Assembly (NCBI GenBank): GCA_951406725.2
Contig: OX597840.1
Location: forward strand, 10,044,001 to 10,108,000
Direction of reading: 5' to 3'
Length of the DNA: 64,000 bases
Source: Octopus vulgaris
Taxonomy: Eukaryota
How positions within the stretch are numbered: position 1 is the stretch's first letter; every line of letters starts with the position of its first letter. The notes beneath the pieces were generated by a model. It was not told where the DNA came from. It saw nothing but the letters and a program-made list of their open reading frames with translations, and made no database searches. The position numbers and the translations under genes are program-made. Below are positions 25,660 through 40,597 of the stretch, piece after piece.

Positions 25660-25755
25660 ATATAGATATTTGCATTAAAGATATATTGAAAAATTAAATA
25701 TTTATACAGGAAGGCTTACAGATTCTAAAACGAAATCATAAAAAGAGCTAGAATG

Positions 25756-25786
<31 letters not shown>

Positions 25787-26033
25787 ATATATATATATAT
25801 GTATGTATGTATATATATATATGTATGTATGCACGTATGTATGTATATACATATATATATGTATGTATATATAGATATATATATAGATGTATATTCATAC
25901 ATATATATACATGTATATACGGACACATTTATATATATATATACATACACACACGTATGTGCATATACAAATACACAATCGCATACACTCACACACGCAT
26001 TATCCACAGACACATGCACACATACATACGTGC

Positions 26034-26064
<31 letters not shown>

Positions 26065-26085
26065 CATACATACATACATATATAC

Positions 26086-26137
<52 letters not shown>

Positions 26138-26232
26138 TCTAGCTCTTTTTTATGATTTCGGTTTAGAATCTGTAAGTTTTCCTGTATAAATATTTAATTT
26201 TTCAATATATCTTTAATGCAAATATCTATATA
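25660..26232. repeat. ~100-bp inverted repeats flanking a quasi-palindromic microsatellite
   Basis: TAGATATTTGCATTAAAG...GAGCTAGAATGTA (25662-25758) is mirrored at 26133-26230. Confidence 0.9.
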
Positions 26233-26489
26233 TTTACATATTTTTATATGCATATTTTTAATGTATTGATTGCTCTTTAAAAGTTTTTATATATCTATAT
26301 ATTTTCGATGTATTAAGCAAACTTTTAGAGAAATTCATGCAATTGGGGTCTTGGGCTGAATAGATGTATATGTGAAATTTATTGGCTTAACTTTGATTCT
26401 TTTTTCTACATTAGTCTAACGCCTTAGGCTTGAATATTTGAATATCTTGAGCACTTCAAAGTGAAGTCTATGCATTGGAGAAAATCTTA

Positions 26490-26618
<129 letters not shown>

Positions 26619-26698
26619 GTATGTATGTATATATATATTTAAATATAAGTTAAATAACCACCTTAAGGGATAGAAAGGTATATATATCTATCTATCTA

Positions 26699-26769
<71 letters not shown>

Positions 26770-27649
26770 TTGTTTGTGTGTGTATGTGTGTGTTTCTGTT
26801 TGTGCGTGTTAATAAATTCTACTTCTACTGTTTGAAACAATCTCTCTTCATTTCTCCTCCGAGAAACCATCAGTTTATCTCGATCCAGTCTGTTTCCTCT
26901 GTATCACGTCAAATCAATTTTCTATATAACTCTACTCACCAATTCCCCGTGTTCAGTTTTGCTTTACATAGTAAGTCAGTGAAAAATCTCGTCTTCGTTA
27001 AGGAGGGAATTTTATCAATCTTTCGCTCCCAATGGCCTCAATTCGCAGTCCAATTTTCCTGAACAAATTTTTCCTAATCACTTTACACATGCACGCGTCG
27101 AACACATATTTAAATACCGATCATGCACATATCCATGCATGTAGCAAACACGAACACAGTACAAATAACATAAACGCATACAGTATATATACATATTGAC
27201 GATTGATATAGATTACATACAGAGAACATGCGCAACAGGTATACACAATCTTAGGATAAGCACGCACAAATTCCCATTCTCAGATCACACGCACACACGC
27301 ACAAGCACACGCACATGCATACGTACGCACACGCACACACATACATAGACACAGACACACATAAATCGGTGCATACACCCACACGCACTCACACTACAAA
27401 ATCATATTCACACTTGTCACAGATACCAACATATGCATGCACACACATACAACTTTCACGCATATCTACAGAAGAAATAAACGTACACACACACACACAC
27501 ACACGCACACATACATAGAGACACATACACACGTACACGTACACACACACGCATTTCCACATGCAGAGACACGCACGCACACATATGTTCCAAAATATCA
27601 ACTACGCACACACATATACTGACTCAACACTGAAAACATTTGCAAATAC

Positions 27650-27729
<80 letters not shown>

Positions 27730-27730
27730 G

Positions 27731-28135
27731 TAGGCGCAGGAGTGGCTGTGTGGTAAGTAGCTTGTTTACCAACCACATGGTTCCGGGTTCAGTCCCACTG
27801 CGTGGCATCTTGGGCAAGTGTCTTCTACTATAGTCCCGGGCCGACCAAAGCCTTGTGAGTGGATTTGGTAGACGGAAACTGAAAGAAGCCCGTCGTATAT
27901 ATGTATATATATGTGTGTGCGTGTGCGTGTTTGTGTGTCTGTGTTTGTCCCCCTAGCATTGCTTCACAACCGATGCCGGTGTGTTTATGTCACCGTCACT
28001 TAGCGGTTCGGCAAAAGAGACCGATAGAATAAGTACTGGGCTTACAAAAGAATAAGTCCCGGGGTCGAGTTGCTCGATTAAAGGCGGTGCTCCAGCATGG
28101 CCGTAGTCAAAATAACTGAAAACAAGTAAAAAAAA
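27731..28135 (+). mobile_element. SINE family A
   Basis: Full copy starting TAGGCGCAGGAGTGGCTGTGTGG. Confidence 0.9.
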
Positions 28136-28139
28136 AATA

Positions 28140-28186
<47 letters not shown>

Positions 28187-28816
28187 AACATATTCTAAAA
28201 TATAAACTGATACACACTCACATACTCAGCATTAAAAACGACTACGAACATGCACACATACATACATCCACATATACAACCACACATAGGCACTCTCCAT
28301 CTCAATGATGTCCCTTCTACCACTCTCCTTTACATGAAATCCCATTTGTCTCCTCCCCACTTCCTGTCCTTTCCCAATATATCGTCGTCTTTTTCGCATT
28401 CCTCTATCGCCATTTTTATCTCTTCTCACAAGTGGCTTTTGTTTTTCGTCTTATCGCTTTCCTTCCTTAATTTTCGAGTTTTCTTCTTAACAAACGCGTA
28501 CCCAAAAATAGTAGACTTCCATTGTATTTTGTATTTCCTGTTGTCAACACGCGCGCACACAAACATACACACATACACACACACATACATATACGCATCC
28601 ATTTATTCCATCCATATCAATTGTTGGTATCGCTGTTGAATTTCGTTTCTATCAGGTTTGACTTCAATTGAAACACATTGCCACTAAATTCAATTAAATA
28701 AAGGTTTTATTGAATTAAGTTTAACATCAAACAAAGTTTAAAATTTAATTTAACCACAGTCAATACGAGCTATAAACGTCTTGAAGATATACACACACAC
28801 AGACACAGACATACAC

Positions 28817-28865
<49 letters not shown>

Positions 28866-28981
28866 ATATATTTATATACGCACATTATTCTTGACGTTAA
28901 AAGTGTCTTTTGACTTACACATACACAGACACACACACTCTCACACATATATGCATATACGTATACATATACACAACAACA

Positions 28982-29042
<61 letters not shown>

Positions 29043-29138
29043 GATATATATATATATATGTGTATATATATATATATATGCATCTACACATATACACATA
29101 TATATATACACATACACACACACACTCGCACACACACG

Positions 29139-29184
<46 letters not shown>

Positions 29185-29667
29185 GATGCATACATTTGTA
29201 CGTACATACAAGCACACTCAAACACACTCAAGCTCACATGTATATGCACACATCCACGTATGTATGTATGTACGTTTGTATGTATATACGTGAGTGGTAA
29301 CGAAAATAATACAAACGTGTTGCGTAACTTCTTTATTAACTGTCGAATGTGGTTTGAACTCCGCATGTTGCGAGAATAACTCTTCCTCGATAAAAAATAC
29401 TTTTTTCCTGTTCTTCATTGCAAGGAAAAATGGGTTTTAAGCAGAAGTTTGTTCAAAGTGAGCAACTCTGGCTGTTGACCCCCGATTTAAAGGCAAAAAA
29501 AGGTGAAAGTCTGCTATGGTCTGCTGGACGTATTTAAAGCCTATCATGATACGTTTTATTATTACGGATTTGATGAGAGGGTGAAACGTTAGCGTATCTT
29601 TATGATCTGGAAACGAAGGCTCAGTTCATGGAATGCTTCATACCTCATCCCCAAATTTTAAATAGCC

Positions 29668-29938
29668 AAAGAGCTAGCAACCGGTACAAAGAACTAGCAA
29701 CCGGTACAAAGAACTAGAAACCGGTACAAAGAACTAGAAACCGTTACAAAGAACTAGCAACCGTTACAAAGAACTAGCAACCGGTACAAAGAACTAGAAA
29801 CCGGTACAAAGAACTAGCAACCGGTACAAAGAACTAGCAACCGTTACAAAGAACTATCAACCGGTACAAAGAACTAGAAACCGTTACAAAGAACTAGCAA
29901 CCGGTACAAAGAACTAGCAACCGGTACAAAGAACTAGC
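29668..29938. repeat. ~20-bp minisatellite x ~13
   Basis: AAAGAACTAGCAACCGGTAC units. Confidence 0.95.
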
Positions 29939-29945
29939 TTTTTTT

Positions 29946-30335
29946 GTGGAAGCACTCCGTCGGTTACGACGACGAGGGTTCCGGTTGATCCGAATCAACG
30001 GAACAGCCTGCTCGTGAAATTAACGTGTAAGTGGCTGAGCACTCCACAGACACGTGCACCCTTAACGTAGTTCTCGGGGATATTCAGCGTGACACAGAGA
30101 GTGACAAGGCCGGCCCCTTGAAATACAGGTACAACAGAAACAGGAAGTAAGAGTGAGAGAAAGTTGTGGTGAAAGAGTACAGCAGGGATCACCACCATCC
30201 CCTGCCGGAGCCTCGTGGAGCTTTTAGGTGCTTTCGCTCAATAAACACTCACAACGCCCGGTTTGGGAATCGAAACCGCGATCCTATGACCGCGAGTCCG
30301 CTGCCTTAACCACTGGGCCATTGCGCCTCTACACA
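29946..30335 (-). mobile_element. tRNA-derived SINE family B, tail type 1
   Basis: Head AGGCGCAATGGCCCAGTGG (A box) ... GTTTCGATTCC (B box); tail ends CCGACGGAGTGCTTCCA; further copies at 47604 and 50221. Confidence 0.9.
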
Positions 30336-31029
30336 GAGAACTAGCAAGAACATGAGAGAGGAAAAAAAAAACACTGTGATGTATCCAAACTTATTGGTTA
30401 TGGATTTTATTAAAGGCACCAATTTTGAAAATTCTGGTGGCTGTTTTGTGGGTTATGAGGGCCTCATTCTTCTTGATTTTCTAGACTGTTTCTGTTCCAT
30501 GAACACGAAACGGAGACGGTAAGAAAAAGCTTAGAGAAGCCGTTAGGAGGAAGACACCGAACAAGAACGACAATATACGACCACAAACATCTTTAAAAAG
30601 AAATCAGGCAATCAGTAAATTAGACAGCTCAGTGATCCACGTTCTCAATCACTTGTATTTCTGGGGTCTGGCGCCCCCTGAGTCTCAGTTTTTTGGTCCA
30701 AGGAAAAACAGCCTTTGAGGGACAGTGATTTGACGATGACAGAAAGAGGCGGAAGTGTTTGCGAAGAAATGGGGGGGGAACAGAGTACGTCAGAATGTTT
30801 CTCAAAGAAGTTTCGTGTGTTGGGGGTCGGAGTCAACGATGGCGGCAATAAATCAATTGTAATGGAGTCTATGTTGTGTGGTCCCTTTTTTTATAGAGGA
30901 AGAAGAGGTATTTTATTAAGTTGAGTGATTTGAACTTGTGTCAGTTAATAGGAAAGTATTATAGACCCCATCAAATTATTTTCGGTTCAACCATTGTATA
31001 CACACACACATACATACATGCATACGCAC

Positions 31030-31075
<46 letters not shown>

Positions 31076-31366
31076 TAAACAGATGCAAAGATGTGAAGGG
31101 GGACGAAAGGGAGTAGTTCATTTTATGCCCCCTTTTCTCAACGTTTCCAAGGAGAAACTCAGTTCTTAAGAAGATTTTGCGAAATAATTGTAGATTGGGA
31201 AAAAGGAATTTCCTGAAATATGTCGGTGGGAAGAAAGAAGAAAAGAAAGAGAAGGAGCGAGGAAGAAAAGTACAAGTGGGAGAGAAGCTAAAGAAGGAAG
31301 GTGGAGGTAAAGGTGGAAGATTAATTGGTATTTCCAGCAAGGTATTTCCACGATTGGTATTTCCAC

Positions 31367-31788
31367 AAGGCGGCAAGCTGGCAGAATCGTTAGCACGCCG
31401 GGTGAAATGCGTAGCCGTATTTCGTCTGCCGTTACGTTCTGAGTTCGAGTTCCGCCGAGGTCGACTTTGCCTTTCATCCTTTCGGGGTCGATAAATAAAG
31501 TACCAGTTACGCACTGGGGTCGATGTAATCGACTTAATACCTATGTCTGTCCTTGTTTGTCCGCTCTGTGTTTAGCCCCTCGTGGGTAATAAAGAAATAG
31601 GTATTTCGTCTGCGTTACGTTGTGAGTTCAAATTCCGCCGAGGTCGACTTTGCCTTTCATCCTTTCGGGGTCGATAAATTAAGTACCAGTTATGCACTGG
31701 GGTCGATGTAATTGACTTAATCCGTTTGTCTGTGCTTGTTTGTCCCCTCTATGTTTGGCCCCTTGTGGGTAGTAAAGAAATAGGTATT
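31367..31788 (+). mobile_element. SINE family C, head plus 2 units
   Basis: Flanking repeat GGTATTTCCAGCAAGG at 31327-31342 and 31783-31798. Confidence 0.9.
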
Positions 31789-32347
31789 TCCAGCAAGGCA
31801 AAAACCTCGTAAAAGAACATTCATTGTCTGAGAGTGCAGAGACATCTGAAATGTGGACAGTTGTAGAACAAAAAATATTTCTCATTAACGATCAACAATT
31901 AAATATGAAAGCAATTAAGACGAACCCAAGATGAACGTTTCTGACAGTTAATGGTGGACACTATGTAGCTACTTGATAATAGTTCTCTGAATACAGCGTG
32001 TTGTGATTAACATGTGTTTGTTGATATGACATTCACTTGAAAACTTCCCAGATGTCACATGTCATTTAGTACAATGATAAATAATGGAACACACCAGGTC
32101 CTGTTTCTTGAGTATTTTCTATTGTAGATAAGAGATTTTCAACACATCATGTCAAAATTCCTCTCCTATCTATTAGATCAAATCATAAACAATGCGGTTT
32201 TTCAATTGCATGAACTAAAAGTCGGAGGAAAGGGGAGGATAAACTACCTGCATGTACTTGTTATAAAAGCAGGTAGTAATTTTATCTTGTCCATATTCTT
32301 AGTGCAAGGTTTGAAGAGTGCAGTTCGATTTTAACAGTTATTTTCCC

Positions 32348-32513
32348 AGGCGCAGGAGTGGCTGTGTGGTAAGTAGCTTGCTAACCAACCACATGGTTGC
32401 GGGTTCAGTCCCACTGCGTGGCATCTTGGGCAAGTGTCTTCTGCTATAGCCCCGGGCCGACCAATGCCTTGTGAGTGGAGTTGGTAGACGGAAACTGAAA
32501 GAAGCCTGTCGTA

Positions 32514-32593
<80 letters not shown>

Positions 32594-32807
32594 TGTGTGT
32601 GTGTTTGTCCCCCTAGCGTTGCTTGACAACCGATGCTGGTGTGTTTACGTCCCCGTCACTTAGCGGTTCGGCAAAAGGGACCGATAGAATAAGTACTGGG
32701 CTTACAAAAAATAAGTCCCGGGGTCGAGTTGCTCGACTAAAGGCGGTGCTCCAGCATGGCCGCAGTCAAATGACTGAAACAAGTAAAAGAGTAAAAGAGT
32801 AAAAGAG
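32348..32807 (+). mobile_element. SINE family A
   Basis: Full copy. Confidence 0.9.
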
Positions 32808-32811
32808 CTAT

Positions 32812-33390
32812 AATGGGAAGTGGCAAAGGAGAATATTCGGCATATTTTGCCTTATGAGTTCAAGAAAGGCAACAACGGAATGGTAAATGCGAGGAATATT
32901 AATACAGTTTGTGAGGATCGGACAATCAGCGTAAGCCAGTATCAACGGTGGTTCCATAAATTCCTGGCCGGAAACTACAGGAAGATCTGTAGAGCTTGAT
33001 GACGAGGTCTTGCAAACCCTGGTGGAACAAAATCCCATAGTAACTGTTGAGGAACTGGCTGAGAAGCTTGGATTTGGTCATTCAACTAGTCATTCAAGTC
33101 AGCGCTAGAGCAAAAAACGGCCATCTTTTGTTTCAAGACGAAAGGTGTTCTTCCATCTGGATAATGCTCGGCCCCATACAGTGAAGATGACATTCCAAAG
33201 GCTGGAGAAGTTTGGACGGAAACGATGCCCCGTTCGCCATATTCGCCGGACATTGCCCCGCCCCGTCTGATTATCATTTATTTCGCAGTTTTCAAAATCA
33301 TTTGGAGGGGAAAATATGGATTCTGTAGACGAAGACAGAACAGTACTGGAGGAGTATTTTTCGTCACAGACAAGTAAATTTTGGAAGAGT
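32812..33390 (+). pseudogene. Internally deleted mariner transposase
   Basis: N-terminal IRHILPYEFKKG, then DNARPH and PYSPDIAP..SDYHLFRS motifs, with frameshifts. Confidence 0.85.
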
Positions 33391-33650
33391 ATCAGGCGGA
33401 TTTTGAAACGGTTGTAATGATGAAAAGACCGGTGGTGGAAATCTTAATGTTTATGATAGTGGAGCTCGTACTTATGAGATCCTAATTTTTTTCATGTAGG
33501 CACGACTAAAAAGTTTCGCTCGTGCAGTTTAGGCAGATGTCTGGTTGAAAATAGATTTTTTATAACAGTTCTTTTCTCAATTAGGTATAACTTTCTGTTA
33601 TTATCAAAATAAGGCTTGTACTTCCTCAGGGCTCTCCACTTGATGTAATC

Positions 33651-34102
33651 AAGCTGGCTACCCGCATGGTTCTTGGTCTCAAGCATTTGTCTTATAAAGA
33701 AAGGCTGAAGACGCTCAACCTTTATTCTCTAGAAAAACGACGACGCCGTGGTGATCTCATTCTTGCTCACAACATCATAAGCGGAAAGTGTAACCTCTCG
33801 AAAGAGCTGTTCTTCACTCCTGCTCCAGAGCGTCGGCTGCGGGGTCACTCCGAAAAGCTCTATCTGCGACGATTACATCTCAATCGAAGGAGAGGGGCTT
33901 TCTCCGTCCGGGTTGCGGATCCGTGGAATAAGCTGCCGGACGAGATAGTGAAGATGCCGACGACCGCTCGGTTCAAAGTCTCCCTTGACCACAAATGGCC
34001 TGAACTCTTTGCATGAACACCCTCCCTGTACATAACTCCATGTCCCCCTACATGGCCTTGCTTTTTGCTTTTTGAGCCAAAAAATTTACTTAACTTAACT
34101 AA
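33651..34102 (+). mobile_element. CR1-like LINE 3' end
   Basis: ATRMVLGLKHLSYKERLKTLNLYSLEKRRRRGDLI...LRGHSEKL...FSVRVADPWNKLP, short 3' UTR and (ACTTA)n tail. Confidence 0.88.
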
Positions 34103-34462
34103 TCCATGACATTTCCGTTCAACGACCAAATACGCCTAACTTAAGCTTACGACATTACATTCCTCCTCCACATTAAAGGAGAACCTATGGTTGTTAAATG
34201 TAGTCTTGAAAGAACCTTCTCTCATGCCCACATAGTTCCACATGTTTGACTGCCCGTTGGAGTCGTTTGACAACATCCCTGCCACTTACAGGGCGATTTC
34301 CGTAATTCAGTGACCCTTAAGGTAAAATGTGGGGTCCTCTCTGCTTGAGCATCCTATTTCTGTTTCGGTGTAGGTCGACCTACTAAGATTTTCTTAACAC
34401 TGGCTGCACAGCCAAAAGAAACTCTCAGAGTGTGTCTATTAAATACTTTACGGCAGCTATGT

Positions 34463-34895
34463 GGCGCAGGAGTGGCTGTGTGGTAAGTAGCTTGCTAACC
34501 AACCACATGGTTCCGGGTTCAGTCCCACTGCGTGGCATCTTGGGCAAGAGTCTTCTGCTATAGCCCCGGGCCGACCAATGTCTTGTGAGTGGATTTGTTA
34601 GACGGAAACTGAAAGAAGCCTGTCGTATATATGTATATATATATGTATGTGTGTGTGTTTGTGTGTCTGTGTTTGTCCCCCTAGCATTGCTTGACAACCG
34701 ATGCTGCTGTGTTTACGCCCCCGTCACTTAGCGGTTCGGCAAAAAGAGACCGATAGAAGAAGTACTGGGCTTACAAAAAAGAATAAGTCCCGGGGTCGAT
34801 TTGCTCGACTAAAAAGGCGGTGCTCCAGCATGGCCGCAGTCAAATGGCTGAAACAAGTAAAAGAGTAAAGAGTAAAAGTAAAAAGTAAAAGAAAA
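34463..34895 (+). mobile_element. SINE family A
   Basis: Full copy. Confidence 0.9.
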
Positions 34896-34912
34896 AAGCT
34901 ATCTGAAAAAGA

Positions 34913-35545
<633 letters not shown>

Positions 35546-35782
35546 CTTGCTTCAGCTTACGAATCGTTGGAGTATAGATGTTGTTTACCAAACACATAAA
35601 CACATTCACACCATCCACATCGCACGTTATTATTGCTGTTAAGAGTTTGTTCCTCTCAAGTTTGAGTCAGTGAAATGAAAAACATAAAAAGTTTTATTGA
35701 ATTAAGCTTAACACCAAACTAAGTCTGAAATTGAATTTACCCAAAGTCAGTAGACAGTAGAAACTTCTCGAAGACATGATGC

Positions 35783-35848
<66 letters not shown>

Positions 35849-35872
35849 GTATGTATGTATATGTATATATAT

Positions 35873-35933
<61 letters not shown>

Positions 35934-36091
35934 CATACATACATATATATATATATGTGTGTGTGCGTGTGTGTGAGTGTGTGTTGTGTGTATATATATA
36001 TATGTCTATATATATATATGTGTGTGTGTATATATACATATATATGTATATATATGTGTGTATATATATATACATATATATATACATACAT

Positions 36092-36166
<75 letters not shown>

Positions 36167-36208
36167 TATATACATACATATATATACATATATATATATA
36201 CATATATA

Positions 36209-36257
<49 letters not shown>

Positions 36258-36497
36258 GAGTGTATGTGTGTGCATGTGTATCTGTGTGTGTGTGTTTCTA
36301 TGTGTATGTATGTGTGTGTGGATATGTGGGTGTATGACTAGTTGAGAAATTCATTACGCAACCATGTTTTAAAATTCAGCCTCACTTCGTGGCACGTTGA
36401 GCAAGTGTTTGATGTTTTGACTATAGCCCAAGGCTGACTAATGTACTGTGAGCAGGTTTTGCTGACAGAACACTCTCCGAAAGCAGTATGTGTGTGT

Positions 36498-37023
<526 letters not shown>

Positions 37024-37053
37024 CACTTACGCTCTCTCTCTTTCTATTTCTCT

Positions 37054-37094
<41 letters not shown>

Positions 37095-37756
37095 ACACAC
37101 AAATGCAAGAATGGCTATGTAGTTAAAAGGCTTTCCTTGCTACCACATTGCTTCGGGTACAGTCTCACTGCGTCACATTTTTAACAATTACCTTCCCCTA
37201 TAGCCCAAAGCCTTAGAGGTGGCCAACAGACAGAATCTTTAGCGCGTCTGAGAAAGCGCTTAAACAGAACTACTTTCGGCCGAGCTCAACTTTGCTTTCC
37301 ATTTTTTCTGGATCGATAAAAGAACGTTCTGGATGAAGTATGAGAATGAAGGAAACACAGAATAACGAAACCCCAAGACAAAAAAATGCAGAAACAAACT
37401 TACGAAATACAGATTTCCTTTATCAGCTGCCAGTCGGAATTCACTATGGTTTCGACACCTGGGCACTGAGGTTGATACAGTTGTCTTACTCCTCGCCTTA
37501 TATTGCTGGTCCTGTACCAAAATTTGAAACCATTATTAGAATGAAAGAAGTCATCAATAATAACTGAAGCCAATATTGTTGTTATTGTTGTTGTTTGCTG
37601 GGAACGAACCCGGTACTTTTCGGGTAAGGATTGGGTGATTTACCAAATTCAATTTCATGGAATGTTATTCCATGCGCGTTTGTGTGCTTCATGTTGCCAA
37701 CAAAATGTATTTTACACTTCACTAAGGTGAGCTTAAAAATATAGTTTGTAAAACTA

Positions 37757-38177
37757 TAGGCGTAGGAGTGGTTGTATGGTAAGTAGCTTGCTTACGAACC
37801 ACATGGTTCCGGGTTCAGTCCCACTGCGTGTCACCTTGGGCAAGTGTCTTCTACTATAGCCTCGTGCCGATCAAAGCCTTGTGAGTGAATTTAGTAGACG
37901 GAAACTGAAACAAGTCCATCGTATATATGTATATATATATGTATGTATGTGTGTGTATATGTTTGTGTGTCTGTGTTTGTCTCCCCCGCCCCAACATCGC
38001 TTGACAACCGATGCTGGTGTGTTTACGTCCTCGTAACTTAGCGATTCGGCAAAAGAGACCGATAGAGTAAGTACTAGGCTTACAAAGAATAAGTCCTGGG
38101 GTCGATTTGATCGACTAAAGGCGGTGCTCCAGCATGGCCGCAGTCAAATTACTGAAACAAGTAAAAGAGTAAAGAGT
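37757..38177 (+). mobile_element. SINE family A
   Basis: Full copy. Confidence 0.9.
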
Positions 38178-38256
38178 ACATACATACATATATACATATA
38201 TGCATACACACATACCTACATACATATACACATATACATATGTATATATGTATGCA

Positions 38257-38298
<42 letters not shown>

Positions 38299-38761
38299 GT
38301 GTGTGTGTGTGTGTGTGTATATGTATATATATACACACACACATATATACATACATATGTGTGTGTGTGTGTGTGTGTGTTTGTTTACATATTTGAATAT
38401 ATTTTTGTTAACATTGTTTGTTTGTGCTTTGATACGACCTCGTCTGTAGCAATTGAAAGCGGTACGTCAGAAACACACGCTGAACACGTCCAAAAATATT
38501 TCAAATCAAATTTTGTGCAAGTTTTGTAAGAAAAAAGCACAGATTTAATTTTAAGAAATCCTAGACAGAATAAAAAGAAAAAAAATGTTCAAATAAAGTA
38601 GATACACTTATAGGCTTAGACATTTAAACTAAAAATAGATAATTCAAAACTTATTGAATCGCCTTTCATAGCAAAAGCATTTAGAACAGTTTTTTTTAGC
38701 GTCACGAACAAGGTAGACGCATTGGACAGAACTGACATACAAGTTTCGTATGTCTCTAGGC

Positions 38762-39429
38762 CAGTGGTTTTCAACCATGGTTCTACGGAACCTTAGGGTT
38801 CCGCCAGACCAGTCCAGGGGTTCCGCCAGACCAGTCCAGGGGTTCCGCCAGACCAGTCCAGGGGTTCCGCAAGAAGTTACATAAATGCTAAAATTGGCAG
38901 TAATTTTTAATTCTCCTGTGGAGATATACTCTTTACTCTTTTACTCTTTTACTTGTTTCAGTCATTTGACTGCGGCCATACTGGAGCACCGCCTTTAGTC
39001 GAGCAAATCGACCCCGGGACTTATTCTTTTGTAAGCCCAGTACTTATCCTATCGGTCTCTTTTGCCGAACCGCTAAGTGACGGGGACGTAAACACACCAG
39101 CATCGGTTGTCAAGCAATGCTAGGGGGACAAACACAGACACACAAACACACACATACATATATACATACATATATACGACGGGCTTCTTTCAGTTTCCGT
39201 CTACCAAATCCACTCACAAGGCATTGTTCGGCCCGGGGCTATAGCAGAAGACACTTGCCCAAGATACCACGCAGTGGGACTGAACCCGGAACCATGTGGT
39301 TGGTTAGCAAGCTACTTACCACACAGCCACTCGTGTGCATAAGACTATTAAATTATTGCACAGGGGTTCCTCGAGCCAGTGGGATGTTTCCTTGGGGTTC
39401 CGTTCCAGCAAAAAGTTTGAAAAGCACTG
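38762..39429. mobile_element. Non-autonomous hAT (Charlie-like) element with nested SINE
   Basis: Ends CAGTGGTTTTCAA / TTGAAAAGCACTG; perfect 8-bp TSD CTCTAGGC at 38754-38761 and 39430-39437; internal GGGTTCCGCCAGACCAGTCCAG repeats. Confidence 0.92.
38927..39331 (-). mobile_element. SINE family A nested in hAT MITE
   Basis: Full copy. Confidence 0.9.
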
Positions 39430-39766
39430 CTCTAGGCAAATGAATGTATTTATTGACAGCTGGCTACAGTATACATAGGTCATAATTGAGTCCCTAGACC
39501 CGAAATCCCTGGCGCTGGACATGTGTAGGCTCGAGGAAAAGGAAATACGTAAGAGAGATGTGTGACAAAGATCAGCGACCTCTTGTTTTACGAAACATAT
39601 GTTTTCATTTGGTTATTAGCCGTACAGTACGGTCACTTTTGAGATATCGGATTGAAGTGCTCGCTATGAAGGTGCCTGCGGTGGATACGCCCTCAACAAA
39701 GTTTTGAAAACGAATTTTCATATGTATATTAAACAGTAGGCGCTGGCGTGGCTGTGTGGAAAGAAG

Positions 39767-40113
39767 CCACCACCACCACCACCACCACCATTACTACTAC
39801 TACCACCACCACCACCCCTATCACCATCACCACCACAACCATTACTACAATTACCACCACCACCAACATTACCACCACCACCATACTACTACCACTACCA
39901 CTACAACCCACTCCATCACCACTACAACCCACTCCACCACCACTACAACCCACTCCACCACCACTACAACCCACCCCACCACCATTACAACCCACCCCAC
40001 CACCACTACGACCCCCACCACCACCACTACAACCACCCCACCACCATTACAACCCACCCCACCACCATTACAACCCATCCCCCCCACAACCTCCCCCCAC
40101 TACTACTACTACT
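39767..40113. repeat. (ACC)n low complexity with 21-bp higher-order unit
   Basis: ACCACCACTACAACCCACYCC repeats. Confidence 0.9.
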
Positions 40114-40597
40114 ACGGGAACCTAGCAAAGCAAGCATGTCGAAGACTGTGTTTTAAGATTTCCTTTGACACAGTCACGAATTCGGTTGGTTTTAAAGTGT
40201 TTTCCTTGAATTTCTAAATACCGAATATTTTAGACGAGTCTACCATTTTGAAAACCATTTTTTGCTGTGTTTTATATTTTATATGTTTTGTTTCATATTA
40301 TGTTATGACACGTCCACACATTACATATTTTACACGATATATATGTATAACATATTTCGTATGATATATATTTTTTCTAATATATGTATTAAGCTATAAA
40401 AATTTATAGCGTGTTAAGCTATAAAATTTGTTTTAATTGAGTCTTAAGTTTCGCTTAATGGCTTATTAAAAATTGAACGATAAAAAAATGGACGCCAATA
40501 ATTCATTTGCCGACCTTGGAAGGAGGAAAGACAGAGTTAACTTCGAAAGGTTTGAACTCGGAGCACAGGAACATGTATTACAAACATACGTACATAC

